The translations under genes were made by a program, and so were the position numbers. A stretch of DNA of 63,681 nucleotides, the filler included, from Octopus bimaculoides (taxonomy: Eukaryota), in assembly GCF_001194135.2 (NCBI RefSeq). It is 7 parts of 5 records of this genome, joined end to end, with 100 filler letters (N's around TTAATTAATTAA, not from the genome) between each part and the next. Parts side by side here need not be neighbours in the genome. Positions count along the whole stretch, not along the records: positions 1 to 8,898 come from NC_069002.1; positions 8,999 to 14,742 come from NC_068981.1; 5 more parts are not named here. The stretch is one strand, 5' to 3'. The notes below the pieces were generated by a model. That model searched no databases. It had not been told where the DNA came from and worked only from the letters and a program-made list of their open reading frames with translations. Numbering within the stretch: the stretch's first letter is position 1; each line of letters starts with the position of its first letter. This document shows, piece by piece, positions 1 through 11,318 of the stretch.

Positions 1-169
1 GAGTTTTATTTAAGTTTTTTCTTGAAAGAGTTCAAGCCTGTTGCTAGCAAAGTGATAAAACGTTTTGATTTAAGAGAGATGTCAGTGTTTGTGAATATGT
101 GGTTGAGTTGGTGTGTTGGGTGAGCTGTCAATCCATACACCCAAGTGTGTGCATTTATTCACATTAGAA

Positions 170-395
170 TCTCAGAGAATTTCTAGAATGTCTTACAAAT
201 CTCCATTATGCCACTAATAGATTGGATTTGGAGAATCTGTGACAGTTTCTTTCACTCTTTCTTTGTGAAACCGAGTATTTCTAGGTCTTTGTGCAAATTT
301 GTTGGTGCATAACCTATTGCACCTATGATGATAGGTACAAGCGAGAATTTATAATCAGGTTACAAGAGTTGTAAGTTCCGCATTAATTCGCCATA
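170..395 (-). pseudogene. Degenerate C-terminus of an RLE-type (R4/Dong-like) non-LTR retrotransposon ORF; probable 3' UTR continues toward position 1
   Basis: Minus-strand translation YGELMRNLQLL*PDYKFSLVPIIIGAIGYAPTNLHKDLEILGFTKKE*KKLSQILQIQSISGIMEICKTF*. VPIIIGAxG followed by L..LG...LQ..SI.G...I matches the C-terminal restriction-like endonuclease region of R4/Dong elements (recalled, not searched). Three in-frame stops. Confidence 0.65.
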
Positions 396-1610
396 AATGT
401 TCTGTTTTATGTATGTATGTATGTATGTGTGCATGTGTATCTATGTATGTATGTATGTATGTATGTCATTGTTCAGTTTTATTTCAAGATTTCTTGCCAA
501 TAGAGAAAGAAGCGGTTTCTAACCTAGATCCAAGGCTCCTTTATTGGAATTTCAACATCAACAACACGGTATTTTTGTTTGTATGTATGTATGTATACGT
601 GCAGATTTGTATGTTTTGCTTTGTGTATTATATTTATAAGTCTGAACTTGTAATCTGAATTGAGTAACTGCAGATTTCTCAATTAGTTTAAGTGTAGCAT
701 AGATATTCTATTTTTCGCTGATCTTCAGCTTTATGTTCACATACATTCACATGTATGTATGTATGTATGTATGTATGTATGTTCATGTATATGTGCGTTC
801 GTGTTTGTGTGTTTGTATGTAGTATGTATGTGTATCTGATTTGTTGAGGGAACCTTTAGTTTGTGCATGTATGCCTGTCTCTATATATCAACGTCCATGG
901 TTCTCTGTATGCTGGTCTCGAACGTTTATCTCCATATGCTGTGGGTCTGTAGAGAAGCTAAAACAACCATTCCTAAAGCCACAAGCATAAAACATCTATA
1001 CAACTATATATATTTACTTTATAAAAATGAAACCTCGTACCTTCTTAGTCGGAACTTTACTCACACATATTCTCACAAAGATCATGGGTACACACCCATT
1101 CATATATATGTGGGAGTGTATAAGCAATAACTATAACGATATTAGAACATAGAGATTTGTTCATTCACAAAATGTATTTCCTCTTATTTTAAAATTTTGT
1201 ACAGCATATTCTTATGGTCTTTATGACCTACACGTGTTTCCACTTCACAGATTAAAGGAAGTTGCAGATGCAAGCTAACACTATTTTCGGTGAAGCTTCT
1301 TCTGGGTCTTTTCCATTTGGCTAGTTTCGAAACGCGTTGAGTGAAGTTAGTTTATTATTAGTTAGGGTTCGGTGGGGGCTAGTAGTCATAGACGTTAAAT
1401 ACTGATCGATGCAGCTAGCCGTAACCTGGAACATAACTGAGAGCCATTACAGTATCCGCCCGGATGACATATCTCTCCAAACTCACACACACATACACAC
1501 ACACACACATACACACACACACAAACACAAACATATATATATATATATATATATAAGAATAAAAATAAAAAAATATAAAAAAGGGTTTTGTATGATCGTG
1601 TATAGAGGAA

Positions 1611-2041
1611 TATATTATTTAAAAGAGTTCCAACTCTGTCTGTTTTTTATGTTTTATTTATATTCTTATAAAATTAATGTGGGATATAGAATATGGAATA
1701 TATAATATAAATAATAAAATGAAATGACGTATTGAATGTCTTATTGACTATATGAAATATTGAGTATTAAATATAGAGTATTAAATATATAAGGACTAGT
1801 ATACTTCCCTGCCTCAAGGCAATCCTCAAGGTCCCGTACTTTCCTACCTTGAGGCAGGAAAGTATACTAGTCCTTATATATTTAATACTCTATATTTAAT
1901 ACTCAATATTTCATATATTCAATAAGACATTCAATACTTCATTTCATTTTACTATTTATATTATATATTCCATATTCTATATCCCAATTAATTTTATAAG
2001 AATATAAACAAAACATAAAAAACAGAGTTGGAACTCTTTTA

Positions 2042-2050
<9 letters not shown>
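1611..2050. repeat. Inverted duplication, arms 1611-1819 and 1847-2050, 27-nt spacer
   Basis: TATATTATTTAAAAGAGTTCCAACTCTG...CTGCCTCAAGG is the reverse complement of CCTTGAGGCAG...CAGAGTTGGAACTCTTTTAAATAATATA, with a few substitutions and a 4-bp indel. The right end runs into (TA)n. Confidence 0.95.
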
Positions 2051-2079
<29 letters not shown>

Positions 2080-2629
2080 CGTGTGTACAGTTAGATGTAC
2101 TGATACTACTGTATGAGTTAGAAGCATTCGTAGATTATCATTATCCAGTCAGCTTCCAGTATAGTATAATTTGCGTTATTACTAGTTATTATATACAGAG
2201 CATCATATGTAGTGGAAATATCAGATAGACACAAGTAAAACTATTTAGTTCCTATGGACGATTTTCACCACAGCAGTTATTTGGAATTTTGCATTGGATT
2301 TTCAAGGGCATTTGGGATTCCTGCCTGCAATGGATCGTCAGTATTTAATAATATCTAGTATTTAATAATATCTAATGGGATATTAGATCTCTTTAACAGA
2401 AGGCAATATAACACTCCCTTGATGATCCATAACGTTTAGTCATACAAACGCATTTGGAACATCCAGTGTTGAGTAACAAATAACTGTAATGGTGAAATGT
2501 ACAAAGGGACCTTTTATTTATACATGTATCTTATCTATATCTTAATTATATATGTATCTTAATTTTCCAGAACACACATACACACACAGTCGCTCGCACA
2601 CACACATATACACGCACATACACATATAC

Positions 2630-2666
<37 letters not shown>

Positions 2667-3564
2667 NNNNNNNNNNNNNNNNNNNNNNNNNNNNNNNNNN
2701 NNNNNNNNNNNNNNNNNNNNNNNNNNNNNNNNNNNNNNNNNNNNNNNNNNNNNNNNNNNNNNNNNNNNNNNNNNNNNNNNNNNNNNNNNNNNNNNNNNNN
2801 NNNNNNNNNNNNNNNNNNNNNNNNNNNNNNNNNNNNNNNNNNNNNNNNNNNNNNNNNNNNNNNNNNNNNNNNNNNNNNNNNNNNNNNNNNNNNNNNNNNN
2901 NNNNNNNNNNNNNNNNNNNNNNNNNNNNNNNNNNNNNNNNNNNNNNNNNNNNNNNNNNNNNNNNNNNNNNNNNNNNNNNNNNNNNNNNNNNNNNNNNNNN
3001 NNNNNNNNNNNNNNNNNNNNNNNNNNNNNNNNNNNNNNNNNNNNNNNNNNNNNNNNNNNNNNNNNNNNNNNNNNNNNNNNNNNNNNNNNNNNNNNNNNNN
3101 NNNNNNNNNNNNNNNNNNNNNNNNNNNNNNNNNNNNNNNNNNNNNNNNNNNNNNNNNNNNNNNNNNNNNNNNNNNNNNNNNNNNNNNNNNNNNNNNNNNN
3201 NNNNNNNNNNNNNNNNNNNNNNNNNNNNNNNNNNNNNNNNNNNNNNNNNNNNNNNNNNNNNNNNNNNNNNNNNNNNNNNNNNNNNNNNNNNNNNNNNNNN
3301 NNNNNNNNNNNNNNNNNNNNNNNNNNNNNNNNNNNNNNNNNNNNNNNNNNNNNNNNNNNNNNNNNNNNNNNNNNNNNNNNNNNNNNNNNNNNNNNNNNNN
3401 NNNNNNNNNNNNNNNNNNNNNNNNNNNNNNNNNNNNNNNNNNNNNNNNNNNNNNNNNNNNNNNNNNNNNNNNNNNNNNNNNNNNNNNNNNNNNNNNNATA
3501 TTGACATAGCTAGATATATACGCACATACATACATACATACATACATACATACATACATACATA

Positions 3565-3942
3565 GGAGCAGATTTGGCTGCGTGGTAAGAAGCTAGCATC
3601 TCAATCACATGGTGTCAGGTTCAATCTCATTCCGTGGCACATTGGGCAAGTGTTTTCTACTTTAGCCTCGTTCTGACCAAAGCCCTCTCAGTTGATTTGG
3701 TAAACGGAAACTGAAAGAAGCCCGTCGTATATATTTATGTGTGTGGGTGTGTGCGTGTGCGTGTTTTTGTCCCCTCCCCCCAATCACCGCTTGACAACTG
3801 GTGTTGGTATGTCTATGCCACCGCAAGTTAGCGGTTCGGCAAAAGTGAGGGGTAGAATAAGTACTCGACTTTAAAAAAATCCTGGGGTTGATTTGTTAAA
3901 TTAAAACCCTTCAAGGCGGTACTCAAGCAAAGCTGCAGTCAA
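3565..3942 (+). mobile_element. tRNA-headed SINE, family B (near full length)
   Basis: A/B-box-like head (TGGCTGCGTGGTAAG...GGTTCAATCTC), then GGCACATTGGGCAAGTG, GGAAACTGAAAGAAGCCCGTCG, an internal (GT)n and CGCTTGACAAC...TTAGCGGTTCGGCAAAA. Homologous pieces at 16575, 42805 and 51045. Confidence 0.8.
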
Positions 3943-4509
3943 CGTATATCTCTCACAACAGCTATATACACATTCACAGTAATATCTCAGACTTTTAATT
4001 CATGCGTTTCACAGTTTTGAGGCATCGAAGAATTGTTTTGTACAGATTCTGAACGATTGTTAGGCAATTTTTGAGTCATTCTTCAAGTAAAACCTATTTC
4101 AGCTCTTTGGGCGACAATGCAAAAGAGGAGCAGCTCCTCACTTGATGCTCCGGAATAAACTGTAGATGCAAATCGGTGATTGTGATGTCCACCCAAGTGA
4201 CCTGCTTTCTTTTTGTGCTCGCTCTTCATAGGAATTTTGAATAACATTAAGCGTGTGAACCGGTGCATACTGTCCTGGGGAATTGTGCTACGATCCGCGT
4301 ACAATGCTTTTTACATAGAATGAACCATGATCTGTCAAAATACTCAGATAATATTTGGCATTAATTCTTCCATGCAGAACAACTAAAGGACCGGTAGAAT
4401 TCTGTGATATCCTCAGACAATCACTTCTGTGCTTCATAGTAGGGGCCAAAGTCAGATTTTAAAGTTTCTTTCGTCTGTCTCCAGATATAAAGTAACTTCT
4501 TAGAAACAT

Positions 4510-4600
4510 CTGCGATGGACTAGCGTCCTGTCCAGCTGGGGAGAACACATACGCCATAGAAACCGGGAAACCGGGCCCATAAGCCTGGCTAGGCTTTGAA
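4510..4600 (+). mobile_element. SINE 3' fragment (CTGCGATGGACTAGCGTCCTGTCCAG...AGAAACCGGGAAACCGGG)
   Basis: Resembles conserved central/3' modules of aquatic-animal SINEs (recalled, unverified). Confidence 0.45.
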
Positions 4601-5167
4601 ATTCAACGGTTTTTTGACACAATATGTTTCACTATTCTGCTGCCCCTCCTTGTGAACTTTGCCTTCCATCCAGAACTATGCTTGTCAGTTTTACTTTGGT
4701 TTTGGAATGCCCGTAAGATAATGGAGTCTGTACCTATCGATACATTAAACAATGTAAGAGTTTAAGTAATTCACCTGTTATTCGCGTTCCAGCAATTTGT
4801 CTTGTATAAGAGAGATGACAAAAGAATAAACGGTTATCGTATGAACTTCAATACCTTACAGATGTTTCTGCTATAAGATGCAGCGGACTCATAGTTCAGT
4901 GTCTGAATAACATCTTATAACCCCATCGGAGTCTCGAATATGAAGTGCAATTTATATGAGAAGGAATTACATATGTGCCTTTGTAGGGAACGACATCAAA
5001 ACTGAGAAAAGTGTACACCCAGAATGTAATTAGGCGTATAGTGGAAGAAATATGTGCAAGTAGTCAGCGTGAAAAAAACCTCAAAAATGAAAAATGACGA
5101 AAAATTTCGTAATGAAAAAATTCATCATTTCTTCATAAATATAAATAATTATATATAAAGGGCATTA

Positions 5168-5377
5168 ACTGTGTAGTAATGCCTCACGCTGCGAGGGACT
5201 AAATAAGTCAAAAACTACCAAAAAATAAGCAACATATTTACCGAAAGCGAGGGAATGCAGCTTTCAAAATTTATCTCTTAAAAACATTTAACTCAACGGT
5301 TCGGTAAATATGTTGCTTATTTTTTGGTAGATTTTGACTTATTTAGTCCCTCGAAGCATGAGACATTACTACACAGT
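5168..5377. mobile_element. Foldback/MITE with ~78-bp inverted arms
   Basis: ACTGTGTAGTAATGCCTCAC...AAGCAACATATTTACCGAA pairs with TTCGGTAAATATGTTGCTT...GAGACATTACTACACAGT across a ~55-nt spacer. Confidence 0.85.
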
Positions 5378-6544
5378 CANNNNNNNNNNNNNNNNNNNNN
5401 NNNNNNNNNNNNNNNNNNNNNNNNNNNNNNNNNNNNNNNNNNNNNNNNNNNNNNNNNNNNNNNNNNNNNNNNNNNNNNNNNNNNNNNNNNNNNNNNNNNN
5501 NNNNNNNNNNNNNNNNNNNNNNNNNNNNNNNNNNNNNNNNNNNNNNNNNNNNNNNNNNNNNNNNNNNNNNNNNNNNNNNNNNNNNNNNNNNNNNNNNNNN
5601 NNNNNNNNNNNNNNNNNNNNNNNNNNNNNNNNNNNNNNNNNNNNNNNNNNNNNNNNNNNNNNNNNNNNNNNNNNNNNNNNNNNNNNNNNNNNNNNNNNNN
5701 NNNNNNNNNNNNNNNNNNNNNNNNNNNNNNNNNNNNNNNNNNNNNNNNNNNNNNNNNNNNNNNNNNNNNNNNNNNNNNNNNNNNNNNNNNNNNNNNNNNN
5801 NNNNNNNNNNNNNNNNNNNNNNNNNNNNNNNNNNNNNNNNNNNNNNNNNNNNNNNNNNNNNNNNNNNNNNNNNNNNNNNNNNNNNNNNNNNNNNNNNNNN
5901 NNNNNNNNNNNNNNNNNNNNNNNNNNGAAAACTATTTCAGTATCAAAACTGAAACAATCTCATTTCGATACTGTAATGACAGATACTAAAACTACATACA
6001 AAATTACTTTGCCCCTCTAAAATTAACTATTTCTATTCCTCTTACACATCGCTTCAATTGCTACTTTCTCTTATTAACGTTTACGAACGATCCAAGGAAA
6101 AAGACAAAGAAACGAAGGAGAGTGAGAGTCAAATAAACAGACACACTACCAATCATACGTAAATACACACATATTTATGTACCTATGGTTACCAATGACC
6201 TCATTCTAATTGGCGGGAGTTGTAAGTTTACTTTCCATTCTAACTTCGTCCTTCACCAGCGAGACATCTTTTTCAAATACGATCAACAAACATTTATTCC
6301 CTACAAACTGAGTTTTTTTCAAAATCTTTTCGTAAATCTTCCGATTAACACCCGCACCATTATCTACCTAACCCTAACCCTAACACTGTAGTGAAAATCG
6401 TACGGGTGTTAATCTGAAATTTTAACAATCTTTTTTAAAACACTTTTACTTACTAACATTTTTTTTATTTAGTGTGTGTGTGTTGCCCATATATATATAC
6501 ACTTAAGACTTAGTTGTGGGTTGGGAGTTTTATCGGCAGAGGTC

Positions 6545-6554
6545 ATTATTATTA

Positions 6555-6608
<54 letters not shown>
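6545..6608. repeat. (ATT)n microsatellite
   Basis: Direct inspection. Confidence 0.95.
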
Positions 6609-6609
<1 letters not shown>

Positions 6610-6639
6610 TAAATTTTCCCCACAAGGGCGGCTTCGAGC

Positions 6640-6765
6640 AGGTGGAGAGTAGTCGATTATATTGACCCCTGTGTACAACTGGTACTTATTTTTTAGACCC
6701 CAAAAGGATGAAAGGCAAAGTCAACTTCGGCGGAATTTGAACTCAGAACGTAGAGATGGGCACAA
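6640..6765 (-). mobile_element. SINE family A fragment
   Basis: Reverse complement of the core GTTCTGAGTTCAAATTCCGCCGAAGTTGACTTTGCCTTTCATCCTTT...AAGTACCAG, which is shared by ~11 copies in the window. Confidence 0.85.
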
Positions 6766-8053
6766 ACCTCCCGTCGCTACGCTGATTCTGCAGAACAGGG
6801 TTGAGTGTGAAAACCAAATTTAAAGTGTAAATATAGATGTTTTTGAATACGCCCTCATACATACAAATACACACATACATACAAATACCTGTCATTCTCT
6901 TCCAAATACGATCGACAGTCAAACATTTATTCCTTACAAACTGAATGTTTTTAATATCTTTCTTAAAACGCATTTACTTACTACCATATATAGTCACAGA
7001 ATACACATTAATACACACATACATACAAATACCTGTCATTTTTTAAATTTAGTGTGTGTGTGTGTGTTGCCCATCTTAATATATAATACTGAAGTTCTGT
7101 ATCTGTGTGAAGCCTTTTTAAAAGCTTATAGAAATCCACATTTTCCACTTTTTCGTTCTAACCCTAACCCTGTAGTGAAAATCGTGCCGGTGTTAATCTG
7201 AAAATTTAACAATCTTTTTTAAAACACTTTTACTTACTAACATTTTTTTATTTAGTGTGTATGTGTGTGTGTGTTGCCCATATATATATATATATATACA
7301 CTTAAGACTTAGTTGTGGGTTGGGAGTTTGATCTGCAGAGGTCATTATTATTATTATTCAGATTAACACCCGCACGATTTTCACTAGGNNNNNNNNNNNN
7401 NNNNNNNNNNNNNNNNNNNNNNNNNNNNNNNNNNNNNNNNNNNNNNNNNNNNNNNNNNNNNNNNNNNNNNNNNNNNNNNNNNNNNNNNNNNNNNNNNNNN
7501 NNNNNNNNNNNNNNNNNNNNNNNNNNNNNNNNNNNNNNNNNNNNNNNNNNNNNNNNNNNNNNNNNNNNNNNNNNNNNNNNNNNNNNNNNNNNNNNNNNNN
7601 NNNNNNNNNNNNNNNNNNNNNNNNNNNNNNNNNNNNNNNNNNNNNNNNNNNNNNNNNNNNNNNNNNNNNNNNNNNNNNNNNNNNNNNNNNNNNNNNNNNN
7701 NNNNNNNNNNNNNNNNNNNNNNNNNNNNNNNNNNNNNNNNNNNNNNNNNNNNNNNNNNNNNNNNNNNNNNNNNNNNNNNNNNNNNNNNNNNNNNNNNNNN
7801 NNNNNNNNNNNNNNNNNNNNNNNNNNNNNNNNNNNNNNNNNNNNNNNNNNNNNNNNNNNNNNNNNNNNNNNNNNNNNNNNNNNNNNNNNNNNNNNNNNNN
7901 NNNNNNNNNNNNNNNNNNNNNNNNNNNNNNNNNNNNNNNNNNNNNNNNNNNNNNNNNNNNNNNNNNNNNNNNNNNNNNNNNNNNNNNNNNNNNNNNNNNN
8001 NNNNNNNNNNNNNNNNNNNNNNNNNNNNNNNNNNNNNNNNNNNNNNNNNNNNN

Positions 8054-8132
<79 letters not shown>

Positions 8133-8430
8133 ATGTATGTATACACGCACACACACACACTTGAGAATACTCTGTGAATATGTAAAATATATGAAGCAAT
8201 TAGATAAGGCGATGGAGTTGTAGAACAATTAGAGATATTAATCAAAGGACAAAGGAATGAGACTTATGAAGAGGAGTGTACATAGAAACAGTGAGTGAGC
8301 GGTTGAAAACAATAGAGTGTGAGAGAGGGGAGGCAATAGGAAAAGCTTAATAGCTTTGCATTTAAATACAATTGTATTCAAATCTACATTGCAACATTTT
8401 CATACATATGCAAATATATGTATCTATATG

Positions 8431-8464
<34 letters not shown>

Positions 8465-8684
8465 TGTTTTCTATGTATGTATATGTAAATATATGAGTAT
8501 GCATTTATGTTTGTGTATGTGTAAGTATGTATATATGTGTGCGTATATGTGCGTATTTATTTTTTGCTAGAATCTCTGATATATTTGTATTTATGAATAA
8601 ACATGTTTACGTAGGGAGGGAGACATACACATGTGTGATTAGCAACATCGTTAGTGACAGAAAAGGAGGGAGAGAAAGGCAGAA

Positions 8685-8757
8685 TGTAAAGGTATGTAAA
8701 GGTATGTAAAGGTATATAAAGGTATGTAAAGGTGTGTAAAGGTATGTAAAGGTGTGT
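8685..8757. repeat. 10-bp tandem repeat (GTAAAGGTAT) x ~7
   Basis: Direct inspection. Confidence 0.9.
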
Positions 8758-8898
8758 ATAAGTGTTGGGGAAATGTGTTAAAAGAAAAACGAGGGAGAAA
8801 AATTGATAAATAAGCTGGGAATAGAAATAAGTTAAGTGAAAGAAAGACTCTTAAGAGGTAGTCATAGAATAGTAGATGGTGAATACGATACAATGAAA

Positions 8899-8998
8899 NN
8901 NNNNNNNNNNNNNNNNNNNNNNNNNNNNNNNNNNNNNNNNNNTTAATTAATTAANNNNNNNNNNNNNNNNNNNNNNNNNNNNNNNNNNNNNNNNNNNN
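8899..8998. other. Assembly linker 44N-TTAATTAATTAA-44N (also at 14787, 31538, 34758, 38476 and 61478)
   Basis: The identical 12-mer, with stops in all six frames, recurs inside 100-bp N spacers. Technical, not biological. Confidence 0.95.
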
Positions 8999-9075
8999 CC
9001 TGTGTATGCCAGCTCGTGGTCGGGGTGAATGAATAAATTGTAAATGCAAAAATAAAAACAAAACACAAAGGATTC

Positions 9076-9151
9076 TGCGGTACACGTGTTTCAAGCTTTA
9101 TAGTTGTTACATCAGTGTATAATTGACAGTATAAAGCTATCTTCAGCCGCA
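9076..9151 (-). ncRNA. Type-I minimal hammerhead ribozyme motif
   Basis: Minus strand: UGCGG-CUGAAGA-u-AGCUUUAUA(27-nt loop)UAUAAAGCU-u-GAAAC-acgu-GUA-CCGCA. Intact core, 5-bp stem I, 9-bp stem II with a U.U pair next to the core, palindromic stem III. Confidence 0.8.
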
Positions 9152-9364
9152 AATGTATTCTCTCCCAAGAATTATATCACATAGACGTTAAAGGAGGAAG
9201 AAAGATGATATATAAGAGGTGAGGTTCCGTTTGGTATTTTGCATTGTAATATACCTCGTAGAATTCTTAATTTGATATATTTATACATAATTTTCTCGGT
9301 ACTCCGGAATCCGTCCATACCTAACCACAATTCAGACTACACACTGAATTGTGGCTATATATCG

Positions 9365-9716
9365 AGGCACTCCGTCTGTTACGACGACGAGGATTCCAGT
9401 TGATCCGATCAACTGAAATTAACGTGCAAGTAACTGAGCACTCCACAGACACGCGTACCCTTAACGTAGTTCTCGGGGAGATTCAGCGTGACACAGTGTG
9501 TGATAAGGCTGGCCCTTTGAAATATAGGTACAATAGAAACAGTAAGCGTGAGAGAAAGTTGTGGTGAAAGAGTACAGCAGGGTTCGCTACCACCGCCCTG
9601 CCGGAGCCTCGTGGAGCTTAAAGTGTTTTCGCTCAATAAACACTCACAACGCACGGTCTGGGAATCGAAACCGCGATCCTATGACCGCAAGACCACTGCC
9701 TTGGGCCGTTGCGCCT
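9365..9716 (-). mobile_element. tRNA-headed SINE, family D (full length)
   Basis: Head AGGCGCAACGGCCCAAG...GGTTTCGATTCCC. The 3' part GAGAACTACGTTAAGGGTACGCGTGTCTGTGGAG...CTCGTCGTCGTAAC is shared with 32345-32645. Confidence 0.8.
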
Positions 9717-9717
9717 G

Positions 9718-9719
<2 letters not shown>

Positions 9720-9785
<66 letters not shown>
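9720..9785. repeat. (CA)n microsatellite
   Basis: Direct inspection. Confidence 0.95.
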
Positions 9786-9787
<2 letters not shown>

Positions 9788-9815
9788 CGTGTGTATGTAT
9801 ATAAACATATATATG

Positions 9816-9848
<33 letters not shown>

Positions 9849-9869
9849 AAATATATATATATATTATGG

Positions 9870-10302
9870 TAGTGGGGAGCGATTTTCTTCACTACTTCAG
9901 GGAGTGTCGACCCTGCCTGAAACGAGTCCCGGGCTCAGCTGGCTTCGGCTGACAGTATCCAGTATGGGCCCCTCCCCAGGGTTACGGAAAGGAGGAAACC
10001 TTCAAAGAAATCCGGAGTGGAGCCCCGTAGGCAGTTTAGTGTTCGACTCGACCCTCTTCCGGCAGCCCCTGCAACCAAGCTCGTGGCAAACATCATCAGC
10101 AAGGTCGAGAGAGGAATCCTGACGATTGGGCTACCCAGGATTTTCTTACATCTAACCCAGGCCTGCGCAAAACTGAATAGGAAACTGGACAGGACACTTC
10201 GTGCTGCAGTAAAAAGATGTAGATGAAATTACAACCAGCCAAGCAAAGTCTTCCTTACATCTGCGTCACCTGCCAGAGGACTACACAGCCACAGCAGGAC
10301 AT
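9870..10302 (+). mobile_element. Probable internally deleted RTE-clade LINE derivative (5'-UTR-like part joined to ORF C-terminus)
   Basis: The GC-rich 5' part (GGAAAGGAGGAAACCTTCAAAGAAATCCGGAGTGGAGCCCC) resembles RTE 5' UTRs. The 3' part translates to QSLPYICVTCQR, like the RTE terminal CxxC-R-C-SRIG motif (recalled). Confidence 0.45.
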
Positions 10303-10457
10303 NNNNNNNNNNNNNNNNNNNNNNNNNNNNNNNNNNNNNNNNNNNNNNNNNNNNNNNNNNNNNNNNNNNNNNNNNNNNNNNNNNNNNNNNNNNNNNNNNN
10401 NNNNNNNNNNNNNNNNNNNNNNNNNNNNNNNNNNNNNNNNNNNNNNNNNNNNNNNNN

Positions 10458-10510
<53 letters not shown>

Positions 10511-10799
10511 TATGTATATATATATACATAATTGTATATACACGCATATATATATACATGTATATACACACACACACATATATATATACATATATATACA
10601 TATAACTCGATATATATGCATCTATAAATATACATCTATACATATGCATCTATCTATATACATATATATGTTCAGATTAGTTTTACTATGAAAGTATTAA
10701 CAGTGAAAGTATTGTCTCCCGTTACAATAGAGATGTTATTGTTTCACTTTTGATACGTAATACTGAAATAGTGCAAGAGATAAGAGATTGCTCCGGGCT

Positions 10800-10973
10800 C
10801 GCATTAGGCAAGAACTTGAAATTTCTTTTGGCCCATGACACTGTATGGACCCCAAGTAAGGCATGTGTAAAATTTGAAGGAAATCGGTTGGTTAGTTCTC
10901 GAGTTTTAGTGATGCACACATATATACATACAGACAGACACACACGCTCACACACGTTCTCAGTTATATATAT
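10800..10973. mobile_element. Helitron/Helentron-associated (HINE/DINE-1-like) terminus
   Basis: TGTAAAATTTGAAGGAAATCGGTTGGTTAGTTCTCGAG...CAGACAGACACACAC...TCTCAGTTATATATAT matches the typical AAATTT..AAATCGGT + microsatellite + TATATA end of these elements (recalled). Confidence 0.55.
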
Positions 10974-11318
10974 NNNNNNNNNNNNNNNNNNNNNNNNNNN
11001 NNNNNNNNNNNNNNNNNNNNNNNNNNNNNNNNNNNNNNNNNNNNNNNNNNNNNNNNNNNNNNNNNNNNNNNNNNNNNNNNNNNNNNNNNNNNNNNNNNNN
11101 NNNNNNNNNNNNNNNNNNNNNNNNNNNNNNNNNNNNNNNNNNNNNNNNNNNNNNNNNNNNNNNNNNNNNNNNNNNNNNNNNNNNNNNNNNNNNNNNNNNN
11201 NNNNNNNNNNNNNNNNNNNNNNNNNNNNNNNNNNNNNNNNNNNNNNNNNNNNNNNNNNNNNNNNNNNNNNNNNNNNNNNNNNNNNNNNNNNNNNNNNNNN
11301 NNNNNNNNNNNNNNNNNN

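Larger units (their letters stand above)
6270..7388. repeat. Locally duplicated patchwork including a small inverted-repeat element enclosing (CCCTAA)n
   Basis: ~6370-6550 is repeated at ~7158-7350 and ~6275-6330 at ~6905-6965. GATTAACACCCGCAC..ATT and AATCGTACGGGTGTTAATC flank CTAACCCTAACCCTAA (6343-6415). A further inverted end lies at 7359-7387. Confidence 0.8.
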
